Assembly (NCBI GenBank): GCA_039698055.1
Contig: JBDKTL010000038.1
Coordinates: forward strand, 1 to 36,353
Origin: Methanoregula sp.
GTDB lineage: Archaea; Halobacteriota; Methanomicrobia; Methanomicrobiales; Methanospirillaceae
Direction: 5' to 3'
DNA: 36,353 nt
Every line of letters starts with the position of its first letter. Position 1 is the stretch's first letter. This document shows positions 17,261 to 26,446 of this stretch, piece by piece. Below the pieces are notes generated by a model. That model saw nothing but the letters and a program-made list of their open reading frames with translations. It ran no database searches and was not told the DNA's origin. Made by a program: the position numbers and the translations under genes.

Positions 17261-20200
17261 ATGGCCGACCACAATCCCCCTTCGAGGGGAGAAAGAAATG
17301 CAATTATTGGCTATAAACCTCAATACGAGATTGCTGCAATAAAAATTATTCATACAATTAGACTTGGGAATCTCGAATCAATACGTATAGCAGATCCTGA
17401 AGCGGGTCGCGTCGATGATTTTCAAATTCTTACACCAAATAGAATTGACGCATTCCAAGTAAAATGGAGTGAACATTCTTCATTAGTGACGTATAACGAT
17501 TTGATTTCTACAGATTCAAAAGGAAACCCCAGCTTACTGTCCCAACTTGCAGATGGATGGAAGCGAATAAGGTCAAATAACCCCGGGAAACGCGTTGTTG
17601 TTCATTTAATAATGCGAGATCATCCCTCTCCCAATACAACGAAGGCAATTCCTGTTGGAGATAAAATTCCTAATCAATATCATTTTGCTGGCTTTATCAG
17701 TCATATTTGGAATAAAGCCCATGCTTCGCTCCCAGGAGAAGTATATCAGATACCCCTTGAATGGGAGCCTGCATGGGATCGATTTAGAGAATCTTCAGGT
17801 TTAACTACTGTCGATGAATTTAATGATTTTGTAAAGGATTGTGAGCTTGAATTTGGATATGAAATTCCGACGTTTGAGGAATTACCAACTAATGATCGAA
17901 ATTTATTGATTGAAGAAAAAAACTACATTTCAAGTAAATTAATTGAAATCGTCGCTGATTCTGGCTCATCAGTTGAGTATACCTTGAAAGAATTTCTTGA
18001 ATATTTAGGATGGACAGAAAGAAACCATCTTGTAAATATTCATGATTTTCCTGTTAATGAAAGAACATATCAACAAATTGAGGGGTTAAATGAGGAGTTC
18101 GAACAGTTAATTAGCACAACTGGAAAAGGATATATTTCAATTATTGGAACGCCAGGATCGGGTAAATCAACCTTTTTAACTCAGACTTTGAAAAACCGGA
18201 ATGAACGTGTTATTAAATATTATTCATTCATTCCAGATTCATTTGAACCGGTAAATCTTCGAGGAGAAGCAAAAAATTTTCTTCATGATATCATATTTCA
18301 ACTTGATCGGTTGGGCTTCTCTTCAGGAGGCAGTATAAGCTCATATGATCGGAACATCTTGCAGAAGAGATTCCACAATCAATTACAACTTCTTCATACC
18401 GCATGGGAAAAAGATCATCGTAAAACTATTTTTTTAATCGATGGGTTGGATCACATTGCGAGAGAACAACATCCCGAATTTTCATTATTAAACGATTTAC
18501 CCAATCCGACAACCATTCCTGACGGTATAATTTTTGTCCTTGGTAGCCAAACCGATGAAATTTTTTTGAGTGCAATTAAATCTGAAGTGCGAAATGGTCG
18601 TAGAATCGAAATGCGGCCATTAAGCCGTCAAGCCGTTCTAGAAATCGTTAACGCAACGAATTTTAAAACGGTTCCAACAAGTGATCAGATCTCTCGTATT
18701 TATACACTCTCTGATGGGCATCCATTAGCGTTAAATTACATCTTAAACAGGATTCATGATGCACAAACAACTGAAGACATTAACACGATTCTGTCTAGCA
18801 CTCAACAATATTCAGGTAATATTGAACAGCAATACCAATCCTATTGGGATGAGGTTAGTGTAAATTCACAACTTTTCGAATTATTCGGCTTAATAGCGAG
18901 ATGCAAATCTGATATTGATATATCTTGGTTTGAAGGATGGTATTCGCAAAAAGCAATATATAACCTTAAGAAAAGTTTCTCTCACTATTTTAAAAGATAT
19001 GATCAGCACGCTTGGTCATTTTTTCATAACAGTTTTCGAATATTCGTTCTCCAAAAAACATGCGATTCCGGACAAGGAGTGATTGATCCATTAAAATCAA
19101 TTCATTATCATCAGATACTTGTTGAACAATCGATAAGACAACCTGATAATCTAATTCATACTTGGGATGAATTTTTCCACCGCTATAACGCAAAACAATA
19201 TCAGGAGATTATTGGTCTGGCAACGCCGGAATATTTTAGAAATCAATTTTTGAACTATCGTTCAATTCCAGATATTAAAAATGATATTAATATTGCATTA
19301 GGTTGTGCAAAGGAATTACAGAATTTTGTAATTCTGTCCCGTTTACTATTAATTGGTACTGAATACGAGTTACGACAAAATTATCTCGATGATATATCCT
19401 ACATCCCACTTTTATTTAGATTATATAAAGATCAAAGAAAACTCTGTCTAAATCATATTCTATTCGGGAATGTTCTTCAAATATCTCAAAATAAAGCATT
19501 ACTATTGTCTAAAAATATTGTAAATATCGTGAAAGATGATGCAAGGCAAATTTTTGATTTGGCTGAACCGGTGGACATTTTAATTGCAAAGGAACTAATC
19601 CAAGATCCTCGAAGATTCGAACCGGAATTATTGCACACCTGGGCCGCTTCAGTTCCATATTTTAGGACTAGTTCCGAAATAATTGACTTGATAAAAAGAT
19701 GTCAACAGAAAAACCCTCATTTGGCACATAAATCATTAAAGGAAGGGAGAGAGGAGTATCAGAAGGAATTGTTGTATCGTGCAGCGATCTCATATATTGA
19801 TCTCGAATGTTGGAATGATGTCAAGGTAATTACCGAAGAAATTTGTAGATATCCTCATTATCCATTAGAATCGGATGAATTCAATTTATATTATTGGTGT
19901 TGGGAACGGTGTGAGCGACTTGATGATGCCCACTATTTCCTTGAGAATGGTAAAAGAATCGTTGGTGATTCATATCTCTCTCCGAAAACTCCGGAATTCA
20001 ATTCAAGACGAATAATTCTTCTTGCAACAGGGATTTTTAATATTGAATCAAATTTGCCATTAGTAAAACAATATTTACAAAATCTTTCATTAAAGAATGT
20101 TGATTTAAAATTTGATACATCTGGATTCTCCAATCCTGAATTGATATTCTTTGAATTTTTCAAATATCTAAAATTAAAATTTTATTTAGGAGACGAATAT

Positions 20201-22018
20201 CAACCGGTTGAGGACATCCCTGAAATCGGAAATGTAAACGATAATCTGCAAATTGAATTCAAGCGAAATGTATACACCCTGGCATACATCTCCGCAATGG
20301 GTGATTTAAATAAAACTTTAAACGATTCCCAGATTGAAACCTTCCTTTCACCTATACTAAAATTATACAATAAAGAATTCCGTGTTTTTCATAACTCTAC
20401 AAATGGTAGTTTAATTCAAAGAGCCAGAGAAGAGTTTTTCAAATTTTTAGTGTATTCTGTTCTTAAACACGGAGATCCTGCGATACGGATTTTATACAAA
20501 CTACTCGATGAAGAATGGAATACGGCAAATAATAAAAGATATTGGTCATCAAAAACTTGGGAAAATTTCATTTTTATCCTGTATAATCGGGGATATGATA
20601 AGAAATGGAGTATTAATAAAATAACAGCCCTTGAAACATCCATATTACTGCGTCCAAATGAATATTATGACACATATCAGAGAGTGCATGAATATTTCGA
20701 TTATGCAAAAACATGGTATCAAGTTAATGATAATAGAAAATCCGATCAATTTCTGAAAAAAGCCATTCAAACTTCTTTTGGTATTGGTTTTCGTAAGGAC
20801 TACCAACTGAATTCTTGGATAAAATGGTTGGAAATTATAAATCGAATTGAACCAGAAAAACGAATTGAAAGAACGGCCTATTTTGTTAAGATTATCTCCG
20901 TAATGCACGAGTATGTTGAAAAACGGGCTGATCTATATGCCGCTGAAGATTTAGTTTCAATTACATTTCCTTGGAGTCCTAAACGAGCTTTAATTCTTAC
21001 ACGTTGGTTCATTGATCGGGAAATATTTTCTGAAACCTTTGGTCGAGAATTGTATTTATCTGAACTTTTACAGAGTGATTGTTCTCTCGATATCGATGAT
21101 GTGATTCCTTTTGTTGATATTATGTTGTTAGGAACGGAGGAAATTGAATCCGTCCATAAACAGATAATTGAACGAATCATTGTCAAATCAAAAAATACTG
21201 GAGAGAAATATTGCATTAAAATTATCAAGCACTTAATTGAATCCGTGAGTCAGAACGGTAATTGGTCTCCAATATCTCAATGGCAGTTGATTATTGCTGA
21301 AAATATTGAAAAAAATGGTTTTAACTCTACTAGATTTGGTTTAGACATCAATGAATTGAAAGAATTAGTCAACTCAAAAAAATCGTCAACATATGATTAT
21401 GATGATAAAATTCCCCAAGAATTACTTCAACGTCCGGTTACACCAGCACTTCTAATCCAGAATCTTCCAGCTATAAAATATCGTCGGAATTGGGAACCCC
21501 TGGTAATTGATGTTATATCTGAATATTCAAAGGAGCAGGTTCAAGAATTACTTGAAGGGATTTCCAACAATTCAGATATATGTATCATATTAAGTCGAAA
21601 ACTGATGGAATTATCTGATGTGAATGGAGCGAAACAAGCAGCGATAAAAGCTATTAAAGAATGCGAATGGGGGGGATATGGTCTTCCGAGTGATTATGGG
21701 GTAAAGGTTGAAGGGATAAAAATATTATTGGAAATAGATAGAGATCTGGCCAAAAAAATTGCATTTGATGTCATTTTTGAAGATTTAACAGTGAAATATC
21801 CTTATTTCTCTACAATAGCCACTCAAATGCACACATTTATTCCTGAAATCATTGATGAGTGTGATGAAATCAAAAAGGTATGGAAGGAAATTCAAGAATA
21901 TCTTGATCAGATTCTTAGTGAGTATACGTTACCCCCCGATTTACCTGAAAAATTGTTAAGTGATACTTCTGACGATACAGTTATTTCTGCATTTGAAGAA
22001 TTTCAAAAAATCTTTTGA
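17261..22018 (+). CDS. Avs/AVAST-like STAND NTPase with N-terminal PD-(D/E)XK (Cap4/Mrr-like) nuclease and long helical C-terminal region
   Basis: GYKPQYEIA helix, VDDFQI...AFQVKWS nuclease motif, Walker A GTPGSGKST, Walker B IFLIDGLD, GHPLAL (GxP), FFHNSFR winged-helix motif; ATG 17261 (track uses GTG 17207). Confidence 0.85.
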   Translation: MADHNPPSRGERNAIIGYKPQYEIAAIKIIHTIRLGNLESIRIADPEAGRVDDFQILTPNRIDAFQVKWSEHSSLVTYNDLISTDSKGNPSLLSQLADGWKRIRSNNPGKRVVVHLIMRDHPSPNTTKAIPVGDKIPNQYHFAGFISHIWNKAHASLPGEVYQIPLEWEPAWDRFRESSGLTTVDEFNDFVKDCELEFGYEIPTFEELPTNDRNLLIEEKNYISSKLIEIVADSGSSVEYTLKEFLEYLGWTERNHLVNIHDFPVNERTYQQIEGLNEEFEQLISTTGKGYISIIGTPGSGKSTFLTQTLKNRNERVIKYYSFIPDSFEPVNLRGEAKNFLHDIIFQLDRLGFSSGGSISSYDRNILQKRFHNQLQLLHTAWEKDHRKTIFLIDGLDHIAREQHPEFSLLNDLPNPTTIPDGIIFVLGSQTDEIFLSAIKSEVRNGRRIEMRPLSRQAVLEIVNATNFKTVPTSDQISRIYTLSDGHPLALNYILNRIHDAQTTEDINTILSSTQQYSGNIEQQYQSYWDEVSVNSQLFELFGLIARCKSDIDISWFEGWYSQKAIYNLKKSFSHYFKRYDQHAWSFFHNSFRIFVLQKTCDSGQGVIDPLKSIHYHQILVEQSIRQPDNLIHTWDEFFHRYNAKQYQEIIGLATPEYFRNQFLNYRSIPDIKNDINIALGCAKELQNFVILSRLLLIGTEYELRQNYLDDISYIPLLFRLYKDQRKLCLNHILFGNVLQISQNKALLLSKNIVNIVKDDARQIFDLAEPVDILIAKELIQDPRRFEPELLHTWAASVPYFRTSSEIIDLIKRCQQKNPHLAHKSLKEGREEYQKELLYRAAISYIDLECWNDVKVITEEICRYPHYPLESDEFNLYYWCWERCERLDDAHYFLENGKRIVGDSYLSPKTPEFNSRRIILLATGIFNIESNLPLVKQYLQNLSLKNVDLKFDTSGFSNPELIFFEFFKYLKLKFYLGDEYQPVEDIPEIGNVNDNLQIEFKRNVYTLAYISAMGDLNKTLNDSQIETFLSPILKLYNKEFRVFHNSTNGSLIQRAREEFFKFLVYSVLKHGDPAIRILYKLLDEEWNTANNKRYWSSKTWENFIFILYNRGYDKKWSINKITALETSILLRPNEYYDTYQRVHEYFDYAKTWYQVNDNRKSDQFLKKAIQTSFGIGFRKDYQLNSWIKWLEIINRIEPEKRIERTAYFVKIISVMHEYVEKRADLYAAEDLVSITFPWSPKRALILTRWFIDREIFSETFGRELYLSELLQSDCSLDIDDVIPFVDIMLLGTEEIESVHKQIIERIIVKSKNTGEKYCIKIIKHLIESVSQNGNWSPISQWQLIIAENIEKNGFNSTRFGLDINELKELVNSKKSSTYDYDDKIPQELLQRPVTPALLIQNLPAIKYRRNWEPLVIDVISEYSKEQVQELLEGISNNSDICIILSRKLMELSDVNGAKQAAIKAIKECEWGGYGLPSDYGVKVEGIKILLEIDRDLAKKIAFDVIFEDLTVKYPYFSTIATQMHTFIPEIIDECDEIKKVWKEIQEYLDQILSEYTLPPDLPEKLLSDTSDDTVISAFEEFQKIF

Positions 22019-22073
22019 TCAAGAACTACCGTTTTTAATGAGTAACCAATCATTGAATAATTTAGTCTAATAT

Positions 22074-22727
22074 TCAGGAGTTCCCCAACCAGATAACCCC
22101 AGTGATATCAGTGTTTTCAATGATATGTTGGGTATTATTGTAGATGTGTCCCTGATCTCCGGTGACGAGATGAACAACCGGAAGTTGAGTCGCTAAGTGA
22201 TGCCCGTCGATGATAATTTCTACATCTGCTGTATCTGGAATATGTTGGCTTAAAAGAGCAAATATCTCATTGTAACTCTTTCGCCGTGAATGTCTTGTTA
22301 TCTTATTGGTATCATTGACCTCAGAATATCGCTGATAACATAACCCTTCAAATCGACGAAAAGCTACCTTCAACTTTTCAATAATCTGGGGATCCCCCCC
22401 GTATTGAGTGAATAATGCCCGAAACAGAGTAGTTGTTTTGAAATCCTGTCGTTGAATTTCTGCTAGAATATCATTCAGGGGTATGTTTTGTTGAATTCGA
22501 TAAATTACCCTGCGCGCCTCAGATGCGATCTTGTTCTTGATGGTTCCACATTTCCCCTCATCAAAACTTCCATCATTGTATTGTGCACCAAAACATTCTT
22601 CCCAGACATATTTACTCGAATGATTTGGAACCGGATCATTAATTCTCGCGGCAGCCCGCTTCCCCCATCGGTCAGCGCCACAGAAAATATAGCCGAGTAT
22701 CACGGAAGAATCATGGAAATAGTTCAT
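22074..22727 (-). CDS. PIN-domain ribonuclease (toxin-like) with long central insertion
   Basis: N-terminal YFHDSSVI, E in 'VWEE', 'DTADVEII', 'LVTGDQGH' acidic tetrad; 217 aa. Confidence 0.75.
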   Translation of the reverse strand: MNYFHDSSVILGYIFCGADRWGKRAAARINDPVPNHSSKYVWEECFGAQYNDGSFDEGKCGTIKNKIASEARRVIYRIQQNIPLNDILAEIQRQDFKTTTLFRALFTQYGGDPQIIEKLKVAFRRFEGLCYQRYSEVNDTNKITRHSRRKSYNEIFALLSQHIPDTADVEIIIDGHHLATQLPVVHLVTGDQGHIYNNTQHIIENTDITGVIWLGNS

Positions 22728-22728
22728 T

Positions 22729-23676
22729 TTATCGTGATGACCTATTGTTCATTGATAACTGGAATGCATAGTCCATGATCTGATCGACAGAATGATCGAT
22801 CTCTTCAGAAACGGAAGAATTTCCGAGATCTTGTAGTAATAAATCATTTCGTGTCTTTTTCAAACTCTTTTCAAATGTGATGAGATCATGTTCATGGAAT
22901 TTTCGTATCCACTCGTCAACTTCGGATTGAGGGATGTTTTCATGTTTATTAATCCGCAAAAGATTGACGAAGAATTCCCAATATTCATTCAGAAGCTTCA
23001 ACGCAACCTTATGATCATATTTCAATGAAAGTTGCATCGTATCTTCCCATTCTAAAAATAAATCGAAAATTTCAGAAAAATCGTTATTGAAATCATTATT
23101 CAAAATTGCAAGGTATTCGCGTATAGATGCAATTTCATTATCCTGGAGATGGAGGGATACTGGAATTTTTTTCCTTACCGGTGTTCTGAACTGTTCGGCG
23201 TACTTCAATAGACCTCTATTAAATGTCCTTTGAAACTCGTATGGGGCTGTTGCATACGCATCATCAAGGATCTGCTGTAAGTATCCTTTAAAGAAAAGCC
23301 CGTTCCCATTTTGATATTTCCTAACCAGAGCATGTATCTCTTCATCAATTGCTGCTCTGATTGAAGCATCGATCTCAATCTGTGGAACTCTGTTCATCGC
23401 TCTGGTCGATCCATCGTGAGTGTAATAATGGCTCAGTGGATTACCCACCATAATTTCGAACGAGCGTTCATCTACAAGACTGCCATAACGATACCAGTAA
23501 TAAGGCAATTGGATATCGATCTCTCGTTCCTTCAAACGAAGGAATAAAAGATAGATCATCTTGTTGAGATGTGTCTTTTTGAAAAAATACTCCCCCCTAG
23601 GATTTGCTACGTTGAGTAGTTTTTCAATACTATATTTCAGAAGGGGATTTTGAACCAAAGGCGAAGCCTCTTTCAT
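22729..23676 (-). CDS. Putative antitoxin with Panacea/SocA(DUF4065)-like N-terminal winged helix
   Basis: 'KTHLNKMIYLL' and 'PYYWYRYGS' resemble the Panacea K-x-x-Y and aromatic-x-x-x-x-YG(P) motifs; stop codon 1 nt before the PIN start. Confidence 0.6.
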   Translation of the reverse strand: MKEASPLVQNPLLKYSIEKLLNVANPRGEYFFKKTHLNKMIYLLFLRLKEREIDIQLPYYWYRYGSLVDERSFEIMVGNPLSHYYTHDGSTRAMNRVPQIEIDASIRAAIDEEIHALVRKYQNGNGLFFKGYLQQILDDAYATAPYEFQRTFNRGLLKYAEQFRTPVRKKIPVSLHLQDNEIASIREYLAILNNDFNNDFSEIFDLFLEWEDTMQLSLKYDHKVALKLLNEYWEFFVNLLRINKHENIPQSEVDEWIRKFHEHDLITFEKSLKKTRNDLLLQDLGNSSVSEEIDHSVDQIMDYAFQLSMNNRSSR

Positions 23677-23735
23677 AGATAATATGAAATTTATTTCTTA
23701 ACTTTTTGTTGGTAGATCTCAATAATCTATTCTTT

Positions 23736-24827
23736 TTATCTCAACAACTCCCTCCCGCACTTCCCGCAATACTTGTATGTCGGCGGATTGATCTCCCCAC
23801 ATGCTTTGCATGTTTTATGAGTAAGTGGTCGTCCCTTTGGCAACGATTTGATCTCGACGCCCTGCATTTTGATCACGATATCGTCAATGTCCTTCGGGGA
23901 TAGATGGGCATAGGTCTGGAACATCTCGGTCTTCAGATTTCCCCACATCATCAGTTTAATGACATCATCTTTGACTCCCCTCTTGACCAGATGGGTTATC
24001 CGCGTGTGCCGAAAAATATGGAGAGTAATCTTTCGTTTGATTCCGGCAATTCTGCCAATGTTCCGGATCTGTCGCAGCATATGATAATGAGATAGAGGAT
24101 TCCCTTCCGGATCCACAAACACATACTTTTCTCCACAATCTTCGCCAGGATAGACACGTTTCCAGGCGAGCAGGTGCTTTTTACTTTTTACGAGCCGGAT
24201 GTACCGCATGACATCGGTCTTCACATCAGTCCGGATCGCCAGGCCGTATTGATCAATGGTGACCTGGTTCCAGGTCAGGGTTCCAATCTCCTTTGCCCTA
24301 AATCCACCTTCGTACAGCATACAGATAATAGCACGGTATAGGGGAGTGCCGGCGTTTTTTACCAAAAGCCGGATCTCCTTCATTGTCAGGATATCACGAT
24401 GAGATTTCGTGACTCTTTTGACTGAAGGCTGCTTGATCTTATTTACTCCCTCCTGGATTATTGTCGGATGGGCAACGTTCTTTTCAATGAGCCACTTGAA
24501 AAAACGCTTGATGAGAAGGATATGATCGTGGAGGGTGTTCTGTTTGTACTTCTCCCCGTTCGGGTTTTTAGCAATCCTAGCAAGGGATATAGCATGAGTC
24601 AGATTTGCGTATGTCGTATTCCGAAACGCCGGCAAAAATTTTCTCCAGAAGACCAAGCCGTAGATCAGCTTATTTCTCCTGCCCAATGAGATGCCCCGGA
24701 GTGCAAACAACTCATCGACAAATTCCAGGATTAATGCAGAGTCTTCATCAGTCAGTTGATTGCGTTCGATTGCTTTTTGGATCGATGCCTCCCCATACTC
24801 ATGCTTGACATAATGAAACTCTGACAT
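23736..24827 (-). CDS. Tyrosine recombinase/integrase with C-terminal zinc ribbon
   Basis: GGFRAKE (R), VKT (K), HIFRH (HxxR), MMWG (W), TYAHL (Y); CKAC...CGKC tail. Confidence 0.95.
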   Translation of the reverse strand: MSEFHYVKHEYGEASIQKAIERNQLTDEDSALILEFVDELFALRGISLGRRNKLIYGLVFWRKFLPAFRNTTYANLTHAISLARIAKNPNGEKYKQNTLHDHILLIKRFFKWLIEKNVAHPTIIQEGVNKIKQPSVKRVTKSHRDILTMKEIRLLVKNAGTPLYRAIICMLYEGGFRAKEIGTLTWNQVTIDQYGLAIRTDVKTDVMRYIRLVKSKKHLLAWKRVYPGEDCGEKYVFVDPEGNPLSHYHMLRQIRNIGRIAGIKRKITLHIFRHTRITHLVKRGVKDDVIKLMMWGNLKTEMFQTYAHLSPKDIDDIVIKMQGVEIKSLPKGRPLTHKTCKACGEINPPTYKYCGKCGRELLR

Positions 24828-25114
24828 GCTAGCCTAGAGCATCAAATGATAAATTAAGCTTCCTAGACGTAGTGCCCGCAACACAAACGCGCGGCTCTGT
24901 ACCTGAAAGTTCAGAGCCGTTGTGGGGACTTAAACTGTGAGTTTAATTCCTTGAAACAACGCCAATCCATCGGCAAATTCCAAAAACAATCAAATCTCAA
25001 GGTTTTCAATATTTATTGACACGCTATTTATAATAGCACTCAATTAAAACCAAATTCCTGCAATTTGAAGAGATTTTCGCAAAAGGAGTTCAAATTTCGG
25101 CCCGTTTCATTCAG

Positions 25115-25132
25115 AGCCGCCGGAGGGAATTG
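25115..25132. repeat. att site within the tRNA-Thr 3' end
   Basis: Identical to 15258-15275; spans the T-loop to the discriminator base. Confidence 0.93.
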
Positions 25133-25186
25133 AACCCTCGACCTGCTGATTACGAATCAGCCGCTATGCCGCTAAGCCACGGCGGC
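25115..25186 (-). tRNA. tRNA-Thr(CGT)
   Basis: GCCGCCGTGGCTTAGCGGCATAGCGGCTGATT-CGT-AATCAGCAGGTCGAGGGTTCAATTCCCTCCGGCGGCT; 72 nt cloverleaf, no encoded CCA. Confidence 0.97.
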
Positions 25187-25311
25187 GTACTACCTCACAA
25201 TATCGCCTTGTGCAATTATAAACCTAATGAAGAAATCAAAATTTCTGGCGCTTAACAAAAACCGGCGCCTTATTCCCGCCCCGGATATCTCCCCCCCCCA
25301 TTTTCGCACAA

Positions 25312-25821
25312 GAGGTACCCCCCCTGAGGGGGACCTCATGATCCGTGGGGGGTGGGTACGCTGGCATACCCTGTTAGAAATCCCGCTCGGGTGGACATTA
25401 TCGTTGTGAAATTGGGCCCGGGAAGCAGCGGGAATCCTCACAACGAGTGGTGGGGGCAAGGGACTCTTGGCAGTACTGGAGGTACCCCCCTGAGGGGGTA
25501 CCTGCCCCAGTACGACCCACCCTCCGGCAGGGTACCTCCCTCAGTACGACCTACCCCCCCTAAGGGGTACCTCCCTTAGTGTGACCCACCCCCCATGGGG
25601 GGTACCTCATGATCAGGGAGGGGTGGGTCGACAGGGTACCTCCCCTTTTTGAACGGCCACGGTGCAATGGATACCGTCAGGGCTCCACGCGAAGCGTAGG
25701 CAATAACCATGGAAAAGAAGGAGGGATGGGTCTGGGGGGTACCTCCCCCAGTACGACAGACCCCCCCAAGGGGGGTACCTCATGATCAGGGAGGTACCCC
25801 TTAGGGGGGTCACCCATGATC
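25312..25821. repeat. Degenerate GC-rich palindromic repeat array built on GGTACC (~35-bp period)
   Basis: GGTACC at 25314, 25481, 25497, 25531, 25566, 25601, 25635, 25738, 25774, 25793; unit approximately GGTACCTCCCYCAGTACGACCCACCCCCC; inverted modules present. Confidence 0.9.
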
Positions 25822-26017
25822 CCGCGAAAAAAAACCGGGACGAGCGGACCCGGGACCCATGGGCACGTCCCCGGGCTTTTGCGGATCTATCCTGCATGTC
25901 CATGGAAAGAAATTGTCGATCGATGGTGGATGAAGTAAAAAAAGATGAATATCAATGGTTCCCTTAAAATGACCGTTTCGGGCAGCGGTTGTGCGGCCTG
26001 ACAAACGGGAAAAAAAG

Positions 26018-26314
26018 TTAAGAATACCCGCTGAGTGTTGTTACGTTATCGATGGGCTGTTTATCCGACGTGCTGTTGATTGCCCCGAACTTCGCCTCAT
26101 ATTCCTGCACGGTTTTTGAGAGCACGGCAAGCAGGTTCTTTGCATGGTTGGGGGTGATGGAAACGATCGCTTTTGCCCGCGCCTGGTTGACCTGCGGGAG
26201 CTGGTGAAGGAACATAAACGTGAACTCGTCATCCTTGAATGCGATCTGGATCATATTGCTGTACACGGGATCGAGCGTTGGCGGGATATTGACGGAGATT
26301 TCCTGCGTGGTCAT
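26018..26314 (-). CDS. DUF3467-family protein
   Basis: PVYSN...EFTFMF...ITPNHAKNLL..L...V..YE..FG.I pattern; 98 aa. Confidence 0.85.
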   Translation of the reverse strand: MTTQEISVNIPPTLDPVYSNMIQIAFKDDEFTFMFLHQLPQVNQARAKAIVSITPNHAKNLLAVLSKTVQEYEAKFGAINSTSDKQPIDNVTTLSGYS

Positions 26315-26446
26315 ACGTAGAGCATGTGCCGTTATCGTATGAAAAGATTGGGCTCTGTTCTCATCCGGGTTTTGGTGTCGATCGGGGGATCGTTTTCGTT
26401 AAGTATAATCGGGTGGGTTTCCTATTCAGCTGTAAAGGGGATCTGT

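Larger units (their letters stand above)
15258..25132. mobile_element. tRNA-Thr-integrated genomic island (~9.9 kb) with defence-type cargo
   Basis: Exact 18-bp direct repeats at both ends, one being the tRNA 3' end; integrase next to the tRNA; visibly AT-rich compared with the flanks. Confidence 0.92.

Noticed and set aside
25312-25821. CRISPR array near the Cas4-like gene
   Set aside because: Period is ~35 bp rather than ~60-75 bp, units are degenerate, inter-repeat sequences are homologous rather than unique spacers, and no cas1/cas2 or effector genes are present.
25190-26004. Short ORFs over the repeat array (e.g. 25352-25579, 25613-25903)
   Set aside because: Low-complexity Pro/Gly translations of GC-rich repeats on both strands with no recognisable motifs.
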